The position numbers and the translations under genes are program-made. The notes under the pieces are model-generated. The model was not told the origin of the DNA. It worked only from the letters and a program-made list of their open reading frames with translations, and did not search any database. Shown here piece after piece: positions 13,391-27,489 of a stretch of DNA of 64,000 bases (positions within the stretch are counted from its first letter, which is position 1; each line of letters opens with the position of its first letter). Source of the DNA: Eledone cirrhosa (lineage: Eukaryota); the NCBI GenBank assembly GCA_964016885.1, contig OZ024741.1, forward strand, positions 44,950,001-45,014,000, written 5' to 3'.

Positions 13391-14467
13391 TTCATGAGGC
13401 AAGCAGTACCTCGCTTGTCCATACCAACCATGCCCGTATCATAGGAGCAGAGATTGTTGAGCACACCTCAAGAATTAAAGGCATCTCTGAGAACACATGA
13501 TCATATTTTATGTCTCAGAGGAATTTTTACACTTATCAAACTATATTTCATTTAAATTTATTCTTCTCAACAACTGGCACGCCACTACAGTCACAAACAT
13601 CGTCTATACCATAACAACCGCCACCATATATCTATTTGAAGTTTGATAGTCCGTCATAATGGTAAATTTTAATTCACTCCGTTTAGATAACATCTGTGTC
13701 TTTTGTGTTTGCCTATACTGCGTACTGTAGCGATAACACATGGCATACTCCGAACTGTATCAACAAAGTTTTAGTCGACAACAAATATTTTATCTTTCTT
13801 GATTCACATTAAATTTCAATTATATTTTCCTCGATTATCACGTCTCCATATGAATAAAGCTTCCGGTTTTATTATTCGTCCTTCTCAAACATACAAAAGA
13901 ACATCATAAACAAAATGTCATATAATAATTTTTTACACCATATAATTTATGATACTATACATTCATTTACAACATTATATACTCATGTCTTAACCTATCT
14001 AAAACTATATCTAGATATATAATCATATAGATTTCAGCTTTCTGAGGAAAGCCACTATTTCAGTCTCTATAACTTATAATTTGCAAATGGATATTATCCA
14101 AACAAAATTAGGTTTACGCTATCTGAAATTTCATATTTCTCGCCCAATTACTTCTTCATTTGCGTCACATTTATCTATCATGCATAACATTGCTAGAAGC
14201 ACGTACAAAAGATTCGATTACATTTATCATAAATGGATTCGACTAAAGATGCGCCCAAATTACCAAAATATATTCCTACAATGTTCCTGAAATTGTCTAT
14301 TTTTCTATGCTAATGTACTTTCTCGGAAACTCGTTAATATATAAATTGAAATAATATATATAGAAATACTTAAAAGTATTCTCAACAGAAATGTCACTCA
14401 TAATTTCGTTTGAAACATAATCTGAGATGATAATATAACCCAGCATTATTACTAAAAACGACCCGTC

Positions 14468-14566
14468 TAGGTTCACTTTGCCTTTCATCCTTACGGGGTC
14501 GATAAAATAAAGTACCAGTAATACACTGGGATAATTGCTGGCCTTGTGCCAAAAGTAGAAACAATT
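14468..14566 (+). mobile_element. 5'-truncated SINE with ~18-bp TSD
   Basis: SINE 3' half; ATTATTA(C/T)TAAAAACGAC on both sides. Confidence 0.85.
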
Positions 14567-15798
14567 ATTATTAAAAACGACGTATTGTGACACACATATG
14601 GTGTTTTTATTACTAAATGTGTTATTCGCTTGCCGTAAGAGATATCGCTAATCTCCCTCGACCCACTGCAGATTTTATAATCAGCGGTTTTCTTATACTT
14701 AGATATATCCAGTTAATTAAAATCAACGATATAGATCAATATTATATAATAGGCTGTATGTGATTTTCTCCCTAAGACGACAGAATGTGTTTAAGGGAGC
14801 TGTAGTTGTATTTCTATCAGACAGAGCTGCACTTTCTTTTGCCTGTCTGTGTATGCTCGTCAGCAATGATACTATGAGATAGCTTTGATAACCTATACAT
14901 ACACATACATACACTCATACATTATAACACGTTATAACACGAATCGTATGTAAAGCTTGTTTGTAAGTAATTTTATATGCTTTGTTATGGTTTATCTCAT
15001 GCAACATATTTAACATTATATATACCGTATAGACAAAGAGGATGCAGATTTATAGAACAGACAGTACACAATAACTCATAGAATATTGCTGCAATAACTT
15101 CAATATTGAATTGGATGTCATTCGCAGTAATTGTTTACTGATTGGAGCGAGAGAGTTCAAGTGGTGTGATTTAACTGGATTCTGCGTCCTTGACTGGTAA
15201 TGATTTTCGAGGAAGTGAAAATAAATGTAGTTAGTGTTACATGAATTTGGCCCATTATGCACGTTATTCTCTCTTCTTCGATAAACGGACTTAAGCATCA
15301 AACGTAGAACTTCTTCATTTTCTCGCGGTAAATATATTTATTTAAATGAGAATACATTCCATTGGATTATTTCTTGCGAATTCGAACTTACACGATATTC
15401 AGAAGATTATATATTGTCTCATTAGCAATAATATAATCTACGTGTTTAGGGCGCTCACTAATTCTCCTCGTAATATATATATATCTCTAAAGAAGGTGGA
15501 TAGGAGGGAAAGCTAGATGTAAGTTTGTAGATGCTTTTTTTATATATTAAACTGGAATCTCTGGTATCTATTTCCTCGACTGGTTGTGAAAATAAATGTA
15601 GTTACTGTAACATGAATGTCAACCATTAGAGACGTTATTAGTTATACTTTCCATCGAGCGACGGTCTAAAGTCCCATGAGAATAGAATTGTTCGGATTAT
15701 TTGTTTCCAACACAGATACACTGGATTCCATTAATTCTATATTGGATCATTGGCAATAAATGTACCTGATTTTATATAGAATTCCATACATTCTCTTG

Positions 15799-16018
15799 TA
15801 CGAAGATATGGTGAAAAGTTCATATGCTAAGTATAAAGGAGTGATGCTAGAGGTGTGACATCTTGCTTAGATTAATTTCAAATCTTCCTATTAATAACTG
15901 TATTGTTACTATCCAGGGACTATGTTGAAAAAATAAACCTTATTTGGTCATTCCATGAAATTATTTTGGTTAGTCATAGAACTTTTCAGCCGACCATCCT
16001 ACACATATATATATATAC

Positions 16019-16072
<54 letters not shown>

Positions 16073-16145
16073 GATGGTCGGCTGAAAAGTTCTTTGACTA
16101 ACCAAAATAATTTCATGGAATGACCAAATAAGGTTTATTTTTTCC
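15799..16145. mobile_element. Mariner-type MITE (15799-16002) plus an inverted copy of its right end (16068-16145)
   Basis: Ends tacgaagatatggtgaaaagttc and gaacttttcagccgaccatccta; related copy at 17415-17550 starting tacaagggtcgtttgaaaagttc. Confidence 0.6.
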
Positions 16146-16271
16146 GACAAATCTGAGGGTTGCCCCCCTTGTCGAGCCCCACGTGGGTTTTGATAACGGT
16201 CAGTCCTTGGTTTGGCACTTGACCTAAAAGCCTGTTGAGAAAGTGACTTCCTTGTTCAATCATCTTACCAA

Positions 16272-16456
16272 ATGGATTGGCAGTATCGGTAGAGGGTCGG
16301 ATGCCATGCTTTCGAGCATAGTTACGTCCCTTTACGATCTGAGTTCAAATGCCGCCAAGGTTGACTTTGCCTTTCATCCTTACGGGGTCGATAAAATAAA
16401 GTACCAGTAATGTACTGGGTAATTTCTGGCCTTGTGCCAAAAGTAGAAACAATTAT
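16272..16456 (+). mobile_element. tRNA-derived SINE
   Basis: Matches the other SINE copies over nearly the full length. Confidence 0.85.
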
Positions 16457-16774
16457 TTGTCTAAGCAGACAGTACCTGATTTAGGAGTTGCAGAAGCCCA
16501 AATGCTGGATTTTACCAACTTTCCAGGGGTCCGGGTATAATTTTAATTCAGATTTTATTTGTTTGACCCAAATTACTTGGGCGTTTCTATGGCTGTGCGG
16601 ATAACGGTTTAACCATCGTCTCAGTGTGTTTGGCCTTTTAACTTATGTTGTAGCTCTAGTTCACTAGCTTCTATGGAGCACTTGCCACACATCTCGGAAG
16701 TTGTTTTTCGCTAATTTCCAATAGCCGAAATACGGTTCTCGCTAATTTATATTTGTATATATCTATATATATAT

Positions 16775-16863
16775 ATTTATAAAAATAACAGATTAAAGTT
16801 TAAGCAAAGAATCACTGCTTTCACCCTTAACGGGATCATCTGAAACTAACAAAGTCAATCTGT
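16775..16863 (-). mobile_element. Short family A pLTR fragment, essentially only the HHR (16797-16847)
   Basis: agttt-CAGATGA-tcccgttaagggt-GAAAgca...tgcTT-aaact on minus, between (TA)n runs. Confidence 0.7.
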
Positions 16864-16890
16864 ATATATATATATATATATATACAAAGT

Positions 16891-16934
<44 letters not shown>

Positions 16935-16972
16935 GTATAATATATATACAAACATACATATCTCTCACTCTG

Positions 16973-17062
<90 letters not shown>

Positions 17063-17072
17063 ATATATATAA

Positions 17073-17125
<53 letters not shown>

Positions 17126-17191
17126 AGAATAACACTGGAGGGGTATATCCGTAGTAGTAGATCACTCAGTGCATGGGACGAATTTGGTAGA

Positions 17192-17418
<227 letters not shown>

Positions 17419-17902
17419 AGGGTCGTTTGAAAAGTTCATGAACTGACCATAGAGGATTGATGCTAAAGTTGTGATATCTTGCATGCATAAGTTTCAACTC
17501 ATCTTATTAATAGCCGTATTGCTTTTCCAGGAACTATGTTGAAAAAATAAAACATGTTACTCCTCGAAGCTTGATAATAATGAAACACTTATTTGACTGT
17601 GGCATATGGAGTTAAAAGCTAAAGAAACGAAATCAAATACACCCACAATATTCTACAGTTTCTGAAAACATCGAATCAAAACCTATGTATGTATGCGTGT
17701 ATTTGTGTGTGTGTTTGTCTACGTGTGTATGTGTTTGTGTGTATGTGTGTGTATATATGTGTGCGTGTGTATATGACATCGTGGTTGTTGTGATCTCTAT
17801 CAAACAGCTGAGAATAAAAGAGATGTGCATATTCATTGCCTGTTCATGCCTCGTGTACTCAGATTTGGAATTATACTTACATGCATGCATAGACAGACAG
17901 AC

Positions 17903-18026
<124 letters not shown>

Positions 18027-18099
18027 GTTATTCCAGGTTGAATCGGAGATAACCACAGTAAGTAAGGTACTCGATACATAGCAGAGTATAAAAGTTTTA

Positions 18100-18202
18100 A
18101 TATAGATGAGATTCTACAAGACTAGAACTGTTTCATTCTTTAGAAATTATCAGGAATTGATTTCTAAAGAATGAAACAGTTCTAGTGCTGTAGAATCCCA
18201 TC

Positions 18203-18206
<4 letters not shown>
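18100..18206. repeat. Fold-back hairpin containing the 3' part of an HHR
   Basis: tagatgagattctac..actagaactgtttcattctttagaaat / atttctaaagaatgaaacagttctagt..gtagaatcccatcta. Confidence 0.7.
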
Positions 18207-18271
<65 letters not shown>

Positions 18272-20346
18272 TAATTTATTAAAATAACAGATTAAAGTTT
18301 AAGCAAACAATCGCTGCTTTCACCATTAACGGGATCTTCTGAAACTAAAAAAGTCAATCTGTGAACGCAGAAGTAAATATTTCAAAAAACGTTGCAACCG
18401 GAGCAAGACAGGAAGACAATAATTTGCTTCGTGGAAACGTTCCCTGGCAAAGAACGAAAAAAACGAAGATAATACGTCATTATTTTAGCAGTGAAAACAA
18501 TTACACGCGAAGACAAAACCACATTTATGTTATAAATGGAGTCGAAGACTAATATTCTATTAGGTGGTTTATGGAGACGTTCTCTGGTAATTAACGGAAA
18601 AAACGAAGATAATACGTCATTATGTGTATCAATGAGAACAATTACACGCAAAGACAAAACCACGTAAGTGGTATAACTGAAGTCGTAGACTAACATTCTA
18701 TTTAGGAAACCGAATCATTCTCGGCTTCAGAGTTAAGAATAAAGTAAATAAAATACAGAGGTAATTGAAATTAAATATATACATACACACATCAATATAC
18801 GCGAAAACACTCCCCATGGTATGCAAATACAAGCACGTACTCACACAAAAAAAAGAAAAGAAGAAAACACACACGCGCACATACAGAACCCACGCAACGC
18901 CTGTACCGAACACATACGAACGTATCCACCAAATACACATAAAAATAAATTAATAATTAAATAAACGTATATAAATATACACACATAAATACGTATACAA
19001 CGCGCGCACACACACACTCACATGTAAAGAAACATATGTTCGTGGACGTACGTCAACTAAAGCACAAAGTACATATATACACACACCTTACATACGTACG
19101 AACCCGCATACTCACACAGACGCAAACTCACGTATACACATAACCAAATGCACATGTACCAGTATATATAATATATACGCCAATAACATATACAATCAAA
19201 TATACGTACGAGAAAATATACGTACCTTCACAAAACATACAGGTAATATATACTTACCTATAAGAATAAGTAATGGTATTAACTGTTTCTATTTTTGGCA
19301 CAAGGCCAGCAATTACCCAGTGTATTACTGGTACTTTATTTTATCGACCCCGATGGTATTAACATAACATATACTTAGCTACCACATCAAGACGTAAAAT
19401 TACCGCGTATAGTTTGTACTATCCGTTAGGGAATAATGTGGGGCTGTAATACAGGAAAGTTTTGTGCAATTTATGATTGCAAGCCGAAATTGCCTCAGAT
19501 GTTTTGTTTAAGATGTGGTCTTTGGCGTAGAGTATTTCCAGGGCCTCAGCGGCGCAGAGGTCACATGGTCTCTTTTTTCGTTATACGATCTAGCCTTATC
19601 TAGGATATCCCAGTGTAACTTATATTGGGTGTGATTGTCTTTTAGACTCCAGATATAAGCTGAAAGTGACGTCATATTACTTCTTAAAAGCTTAAGAAAA
19701 GAATTGGTAGGCATGTAAAGACGCTGATTGAATCTATTGGCTATTAACCCTATGTAGGCTCTACGGGACATGGGTGTTTCAACCTTACATTTGTAGACAA
19801 TGTTACTAGGGAGGCATTTCCCGGATAGGGGACAGTCAACCCGATTCCTACAATTACAGTTAGTACTAGGTACAGGGTTGCACGTGTTCCTACGGCTAGG
19901 TAATTTATCTAAATTTGAAGCTGTAATGTTATGTGCAAGGTTAGGAGTCGTAGACTAAGAAATTTTAATGGTATTTCTATTAAAAATGTTACTATATTTA
20001 TGTGCTGTGGGGAAATGCTTCATAATAAGGGAGATAAAGATTTTAGCTAAAGGTGTGGCCATCTCCATGTTATATGGTGGGTTATACCATATAATGCGTC
20101 GGGATCTATTTTTCCTAGGTCTATTCTCGTACTCTATATAAGCTACCTTATCGACAAATCCACTATGAGCAAGAGTTTCATTGTAATATGTGGAATGGTC
20201 GTTAAGAATATGCTCGTTTATAGATAGACGGGAAAGCCTCAACGAAACGTTTCTTACCAGGTTCTTGTTATGCTAGCAGGATGTTTAGAATGCTTACTTA
20301 TGTAATTAAGCGTATTATTCTGCTTTCTATACGGGTAGTGCAAGCC
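18272..20346 (-). mobile_element. 5'-truncated Naiad-type Penelope-like element (family A), decayed; HHR at 18296-18346
   Basis: Minus-strand remnants RRIIWYNPPY, FNRNTIKIS, NCNCRNRVDCPLSGKCL, IVYKC...AYIGL (GIY-YIG); bounded by (TA)n. Confidence 0.88.
19283..19352 (-). mobile_element. SINE 3' fragment inserted in the PLE, with 11-bp TSD
   Basis: ATGGTATTAAC on both sides; flanks are uninterrupted in the sister copy at ~49285. Confidence 0.8.
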
Positions 20347-20376
20347 ATATATATATATATATATTTATATATATAT

Positions 20377-23300
20377 GGTTAAAGAATGAAGAGTAACATG
20401 GTGCGTTGTACAATAACGGGCTTTATTTAAAGTACTGACAATTGTTTCGTTGATCAGGTGAGTCTAGAGTTCGCATATCACTTGAAGTTGCGTCACTCGA
20501 TCCCCAATACATTATTTACCTCTGGTCAACACATCAGAGTACGTAGATATGAAAATAATTCACTCGAGGCAAGACATATATAGAAAAAATAACGTATAAT
20601 CAAAACAATAACATCAATAATAATACATATATGGTAAATAGGTAGATAAGTTACAGATGTAAAAAGTAAAAAGTAAAAACATAAGATAGGTTACATTAAA
20701 AAAGTTAGAAAATGAGAAAATGGAAAATATAAAGAAATAATAAGGATAAGTGAGAGCGTGTAAGTACATAGTATGTTAGTAGTAGTTTTGAGTAAGTGTT
20801 CTTATACGGATTTGTTGGTGGGTTTAGTGCTACCATGAAACACCAAATTCGAGATGTACATAGATACGTGTAGAGGGTCCAATGTAGTGACAGATAAAAG
20901 AAAAAACAATAAATTAGAGATTAATTGGTGGATACATGTATGAGATTTATGGGCTAGGGACGTTTGATAAACGCTTGTTGTAAATGTTTTGCTGATTGGT
21001 CTATCTTAATGGGGTTGATGCTCTTTCACGGAGAGAGGGTGAAGGAAATGTTCAGAGATTTATGATCCAGTGACCAGTTGGCCGTTTCACAGCTAATAGC
21101 AGTGCGATGGTGTGTATTCTATATGTTAAAATCTAGGTGGTTCAGTTCTAATGTTGGGATTGCTGGTTCAAATCATAGTGGTTTGAAGTTTGTGAATCTA
21201 GTAGCTATTTTATGCCTACAGAAAATTGATCTTTCTATTTTGCTTTTTAGCAGCATCCGATCGTACCTTAAAATATGTAGTAGTTCTAAATTACAAAGCC
21301 CGCAGTGGGACATTCCGTTGCTGTAGGCTCTTGCTACCGATAATTTTGACCAGTTAATCTTATATTCTAGGTTTTTGTCTTTAAGCTGCCATATTTTATT
21401 GGCGAGCGTCTTAGAGTTCTCCAGTGTACGGTTTGTGGACGTACCACCTTTTCTTGAACTCCCCAGCCGTGGAACCTATGTAGTGCCAAGTATAGTTGGC
21501 TGAATTTACAGTACACATGTATACCATACTCGAATCCAGGCATCTATTCCGTAATGGGCACTTATCCGGTAGGTGGCAATTACAATTTGAGGTTTTACTG
21601 TGTGCAGATCCATCGTTGCGGTTTTGTAAGTTGTTATGGGGAGGGGGGTGATTTAGGCCTATTAATGTTTTGTTGTGATGCGTTCTCATGCGTATGTGGT
21701 TGTGATGTTGTTATGTGTATGCGTTTTGTATTTGGTGCTATGGTGCATGTTAGTAGGTTAATTTCTTTATATATTTTTGTGGTTGATTTTACGTATGTGC
21801 GATTCTATATTGGCTGCAGTAGAGTAGAAAAGTTTTATAGATTTTCAATTAAAGATGTTATGGTATTTGTGTAGTGTAGGGAAGTGCTTATCCATTAGTT
21901 TAAAGAATGTAGAAGGTAGTTTAGTTTTTATAGAGGAGTTTAACATTGGATTGAACCATAGGTACTTTCTATCTGTGGATCTTCTATAGTTTTGGGGGGT
22001 CCTTATATTAGTGTTCTGTTCAGTTATTTGTGGTGCTCGTTGTCTAATTCTATGCTTAGTCCTATGCTTGTTATTTCTATATGAGCGGGTAGTGTTGTTG
22101 TCGTTAGGTTTGTTGTTGTTGTCTCTGTCTAGTATGTATTCCAGCTTATCCTTATGTCCAGCCTTATATAAAGCTATGTTATAATAGTTTGCGTGTTCGT
22201 TAAAAATTTCTAGGTTCGAAGATAGGCGGGATATTCTGAGGGATATACTATGTGCTATGGAGTTAATTATGGATCGGGGGTGGTTTGAGTTATAACTAAT
22301 GTAGGCTAGATTCTTGTTATTCTTATGGAAGGGCTCTATTAATCCTGTGTTTAGGTTGAGTGTTACATCTAAGAAATTTGCTTTTTTAGATTTAAGTTCG
22401 AAAGTGATACGTAGGCCTAGTTTGTTGAAGAATACTCTAATGGTTTTTCATAATTTTTCCATGTTTTGATTATTTAAGTTTTGGGCTAGAAGGAGTGTAT
22501 GGTCTCTGTAAATTCCTCCTTGAAGGTTATTGAATTCCTTATGTAGGTTGTGCACTATATATATTCCCACCAAGTCCGTTACCTGCGCTCAGTGGTTAGA
22601 TCCCATTGTGATATCGAAGCTATTCTGTCTGTTTTTTCGTTCTCAGTAACTATTTTCGAATCTAATGATAGTCCTTCTAGCAGCTAGTATTATTTTAATT
22701 TCGTCTGAGGTAAGGTCAGAATTATTCTGGGCAAAGGTTAGCGCTTTACCCAGGGTAACTGGGGATATGGATGAGTAGTAGTCATTAATGTCGAATTGTA
22801 TGAAGTTAGATGTTTCTCTACTGTTTATTTTGCTAAACTAGTCTATTGCTTCGTCATTGTTACCCCGTAGCTTAGTTACTAGTTTGTCCTTAATGTGTGC
22901 GATTATTCTATCTAGTATATACTTGCTAATTCTACCGATATCCGACTTAGATGGGCATATTAATCTAATTGTAGGGTCTATTTCGAAATTATGTTTGTGA
23001 TCCTTTAGGTTAAATGTGGGGTTACAAGAGGTTAGAGGCTCGGTTCTATCAGATATTTTCATTTTTTTTACTATGCTAAGTCCTGCCTTATTAATGCTAG
23101 TGAGTGCAGATTCTGTTGTTTTTTTTTTTGTATATTTTGTGCAATTTCCGGCGTATGAAATTATTGTATGTATTGAGGCTCATGGTGTATACGTTTGATG
23201 TTTTGTCTGCTTTTACTATAATGCCGTTGGTGTTGCGTAGTTTTTTTAGTAGTGCATTGATGTCGTTTTGCAATTTGTTGTGATGTGTCCGTTTTTTATT

Positions 23301-24364
23301 TTTTATTTAGTTCAACTTATCATGTTCATGAGGACGAGTTCGAAGGCATCGAGCTGGGGCGTTTTGGTGGATTTTTGGTGGATTTTTGGTGGATTTTGCA
23401 GGATTTGAATCCGTAGTTTTCCCTAGTAAATCCCTCCGTGTTATTAGCGTGTCCTTGTCGTAATGGTAGGCCTTCCATCGGATTCTACAAATGAAATCAT
23501 TAGTACGCTGTATCATGCCGAGTGTATAGTCCTTGTTTGTAGGTATAGGTATGTTTTTCAGTGACATGCCTATGTGGTGCTTTTCCATGTTATTGCCGTG
23601 CGTTAAGGTTGTTGCTCAACCTAGTGGGAGCTGGGTATATGAGATAACAAGTTATCGTTAGAGGTAATCCAATTAGAGGTTGTGAGTATTCTGCGTCGTG
23701 GATAGTTTTAAAGTACAGTTTTGTTTGACACAACAAGATGCTTCCATCGTTATGCTGCGAGTTGGCGGTAATTTCTATGCAGGTTATACTTAGAGTTATA
23801 ATAGTTAAATAATGAAAAGTAACATTTTTGACTGTACAATAAGGGCCTTTATTTAAAGTACTGACAATTGTTTCGTTGATCAGGCGAGTCTAGAGTTCGC
23901 TAATCGCTTGAAGTTGCGTCACTCGATCTCCAATACATTATTTACATCTGGTCAACACATCAGAGTACGTAGATATGAAAATAATTCACTCGAGGCAAGA
24001 CATATATAGAAAAATAACGTATAATCAAAACAAGAACACCAATAATAAAACATATATGGTAAATAGGTAGAGAAGTTACGGATGTAAAAAGTAAAAAGTA
24101 AAAGATAAGATAGGGTACATTAAAAGAGTTAGAAAATGAGAAAATGGAAAATATAAAGTAATAAATAAGGATAAGTGAGAGCCTGTAAGTAGATAGTATG
24201 TTAGTAGTAGTTTTGATTATATGTTCTTATAAGGATTCGTTGGTTGGTTTAGTGGTAACATGAAAAGTCAGATTCGAGATGTACATAGATACGTGTAGAG
24301 GGTCCGATGTAGTGACAGATAAAAGAAAAAACAATAAATTAGAGATTAATTGGTGGATACATGT
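20377..24364 (-). mobile_element. Near full-length Naiad-type Penelope-like element (family B) with two direct pLTRs
   Basis: Direct repeats 20377-20940 and ~23803-24364, each with an HHR (20432-20542, 23858-23968); (TA)n at both ends. Confidence 0.9.
21172..23588 (-). pseudogene. Disrupted PLE RT/GIY-YIG polyprotein ORF
   Basis: N-terminal SLKNIPIP; LKDHKHNF..RLICPSKSDIGRISK; FDINDYYSSIS; FDITMGS; catalytic motif reads IYRDH; CNC..CP..C linker; MVYMC..HYIGST; CGLC; RSIFCRHK; stops and frameshifts. Confidence 0.88.
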
Positions 24365-24380
24365 ATATATATATATATAT

Positions 24381-24977
24381 AAGAAAATTTCGCTCCACAT
24401 GGCTGAATACAATAAATGTAATCTGAGTTTTTCGAATAACATTCGATTTGTTTGCAATTATGCAAACAAGCTTCAATTTTATAGCCATGTCAGTAGAATG
24501 AACACTTCAGTCTTGCTCTTGTCTTGGCTTGCGAACAGAACTGCAGACACTAATGCTCCTGGGTATCACCCTTCATCAGTACAGCTCATTGTTCACCTGC
24601 CAAGCTGTCAGAGCTAGTGAAAATATATGCTATTTTCAAAAATACACAGTGACTGATCGGCCTGATTTGCATATTAGCAGACTGGCTGATCAGTCAGATC
24701 TGCATATTAGCAGATCCACTGATCAGCCAGATTTGCATATCAGCAGACAGGACAGTCAGTTTCCTGTATACAAGCGACAAATGGCCGATTTTGACAAATT
24801 CAACTTTAAAAAAAAAAGGAAATTTCGCTCTACATGGCTGAAAACAATAAATGCAATCTGAGGTTTTCGTATATTAATAATAACATTCGATTCGTTTGCA
24901 ATCATGCAAACAAGCCTCAATTGTATAGCCATGTCAGTAGAATGAACACTTCATTGATCAGCCAGTCTGCTAATATT
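24381..24977 (-). repeat. Non-coding HHR repeat family F3, partial tandem; HHR at 24538-24587 has a mutated GAAA
   Basis: 24381-24510 repeated at ~24818-24952; 33-bp octamer subrepeat at 24665/24698/24731; short inverted tail at 24954-24977. Confidence 0.8.
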
Positions 24978-25012
24978 ACATTTATATATATTTATATATA
25001 AACTCAGATTAC

Positions 25013-25054
<42 letters not shown>

Positions 25055-25084
25055 GTGTATGTATATATATATGTAAGGGATCAC

Positions 25085-25394
25085 AAAATATCGTTATGGG
25101 TAATCCAGTTAGAGGCTGTGAATACTTCGTATTGTGGATAGTTTTAGCGTACGGCGTTGTTTGACACAACAAGTGGTTTCCGTAGGCGGCGAATTTATGA
25201 TTTCTCTTGCATTCCTATGTAAGTTTATCTTTGAGTAATAATATTGAAAGAATGAAGAATAACATGGTCAACAGTACAAAAAAGGGTTTTATTTACAGTC
25301 TTTACAATTGTTTCACTGATTAAGTTGTCTAAAAATTGCTGCACACTTGAAGCTGTACCACTCAATTTTAAATACGTTGTTAGCTTAGCCAGAT

Positions 25395-25400
<6 letters not shown>
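25085..25400 (-). mobile_element. Divergent fragment related to the family B pLTR and 5' region
   Basis: Similar to 23650-23900 (gtggatagtttta, gtttgacacaacaag, gaatgaagaataacatgg, acaattgtttc). Confidence 0.6.
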
Positions 25401-25473
<73 letters not shown>

Positions 25474-25785
25474 TTCCATTTTCTTCCAAACATATACCAT
25501 ACACAAACTGGAATACAAGAAATAACGTATAGAACAAAACTTCAAGGCATCAAAACTTGCTATTATGTTAGCCAATATAGGAACAGTTTATTCCTACTTT
25601 AGCCAGAACTAGTGGTAGACCTCACTCAAGAAATCTTAATACAGGACCGTTTAAACATTTCCACTGTCTTACCTCGTAAATAACTAGGCAGTTGTTATTC
25701 CTATCTGTCCTATATTTTGTACTTATTAGTTTAACCTGGTAGGTGTCACAATTTTATCGCCGTTAACATTATACTTTTAACAAGT

Positions 25786-25962
25786 TTGGCAGTATCGGTA
25801 GAGGATCGGACGCCATGCTTTGCAGCACAGTTTCGTCCCTTTACGGACTGAGTTCAAATCCCGCCGAGGTTAACTTTGCCTTTCATCCTTACGGGGTCGA
25901 TAAATAAAGTACCAGTAATACACTGGGATAATTGCTGGTCTTGTGCCAAAAGTAGAAACAAC
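25786..25962 (+). mobile_element. tRNA-derived SINE
   Basis: Matches the SINE consensus. Confidence 0.85.
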
Positions 25963-26674
25963 ATTTGTATACAGAGCCACCTATCATCACACATGTTACA
26001 TGTATATATCGCTAATATAACTTCGGAAAAGCGTTATATATATTTTAAAAAAATCGAATGAACGCGAAAGCTGAGTTCCTAAATATATAAAAATAGATGG
26101 AAAATAATATGGACACTCCATATAAAACAAAACAGCTGAGAAACAAACTAGCAAATAATTATGAAACGAACACAGAAACTGAAACATGCAAATAAAAACC
26201 GAAACAAACAAACATAACAAGGAATTACTTTTCTGTTTACCAAAAGAGACGATTGTCTCATAAAAGATATATTTCCCGAATATTGTAAATAGTCTCGACA
26301 CAAAAGAAGTAAAAGCGTAAAAGGAAAAAGCAAAAATGATTTTTTAAAGAATACAAGCGCTGTCTATTATGTAGACGTATAATTTTTTCATATAACATCA
26401 AGAATTCTATGTTATAGCTAGTTTCATGTTGAGTCCAATGTTATATTTCTCTGTCAGTGTAATATTGTAAATATACTAAATTATTGCATGAAGTCCAAAC
26501 AATTCACTGTACGGCTATCACAAACATACATGTAGTGATTTCTTTTACAATATGAAATGTTTATCATATACGTTATATATATATAAATATAACGAAGGAA
26601 GTATGGTAAGGAACCATAACGCAGCAGAGTACTCAATACTTAGGGTAGTAGAGTGGGTCAAACATTTTCCTATG

Positions 26675-26751
<77 letters not shown>

Positions 26752-26940
26752 TGTGGAGAAGGAACACATGAGTTGGAATATATATATGTAAATAAGGAGA
26801 AAAAAACGATTATTAGGAAGAAAAATATTTTTTTTCCTTTATTTTTCTCTCTTTTTTCTGGGTTAGAAAATGTTTAAAACTTTGTGTGAAGTGTTAAGGT
26901 ATTTGGTAACTTATTTATTAATTAACAATAGCATTATTTT

Positions 26941-27048
26941 AATCCCGCTGAGGTTAACTTTGCCTTTCGTCCTTACGGGGTCGATAAAATAAAGTACCAG
27001 TAATGCACTGGGTAATCGCTGGCCTTGTGCCAAAAGTAGAAACAATTA
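26941..27048 (+). mobile_element. 5'-truncated SINE
   Basis: SINE 3' half, flanked by ATTATTTTA. Confidence 0.8.
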
Positions 27049-27489
27049 TTTTATGCATTATCAAATTATGTGAGTGGGAGAGAAAAAAGTGGGGAATTTG
27101 TATTGGTATAAAATGTAGGAAAGAAGATAAGATGATGTTGAACATGTTATTGAAATGGGAAAGAAAGAATAATATTATTTACAAACAAGGTTTTTGAAGT
27201 AAAAAAAAGGCGTGATGTGGAACATGATAAGGTAATGGGAAACAAAGAATAATATTATTTACAGGCATGGTTCTTGAGGATAAGCAGTTCAAAAAGTGTT
27301 ATTATGGCTGGAGCGCTTGGAGGAGTTGATCCATGATGGTGACAAAAATCTGCCATATATATATATATACATACAGGGTGCGGGCGATATTTGAGAACAG
27401 ATTTATGGTTTTAAATATAGGCTTATATAATAACAGAAAAAAACTGTATTCTTATAAAAATAACAAACATAAAGCTAAATTATCAATTT

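Noticed and set aside
19400-21700. Selenocysteine (UGA) codons in Naiad zinc-binding motifs, as reported for some Naiads
   Set aside because: The CNC..CP..C, CxxC and CxH positions I could read in families A and B use TGT/TGC. The TGA near 22590 replaces an expected Gly and looks like decay.
24529-24861. 110-aa ORF with repeated DLHISR motif
   Set aside because: It is a translation of the 33-bp octamer subrepeat, and the frame is not kept in the other F3 copies.
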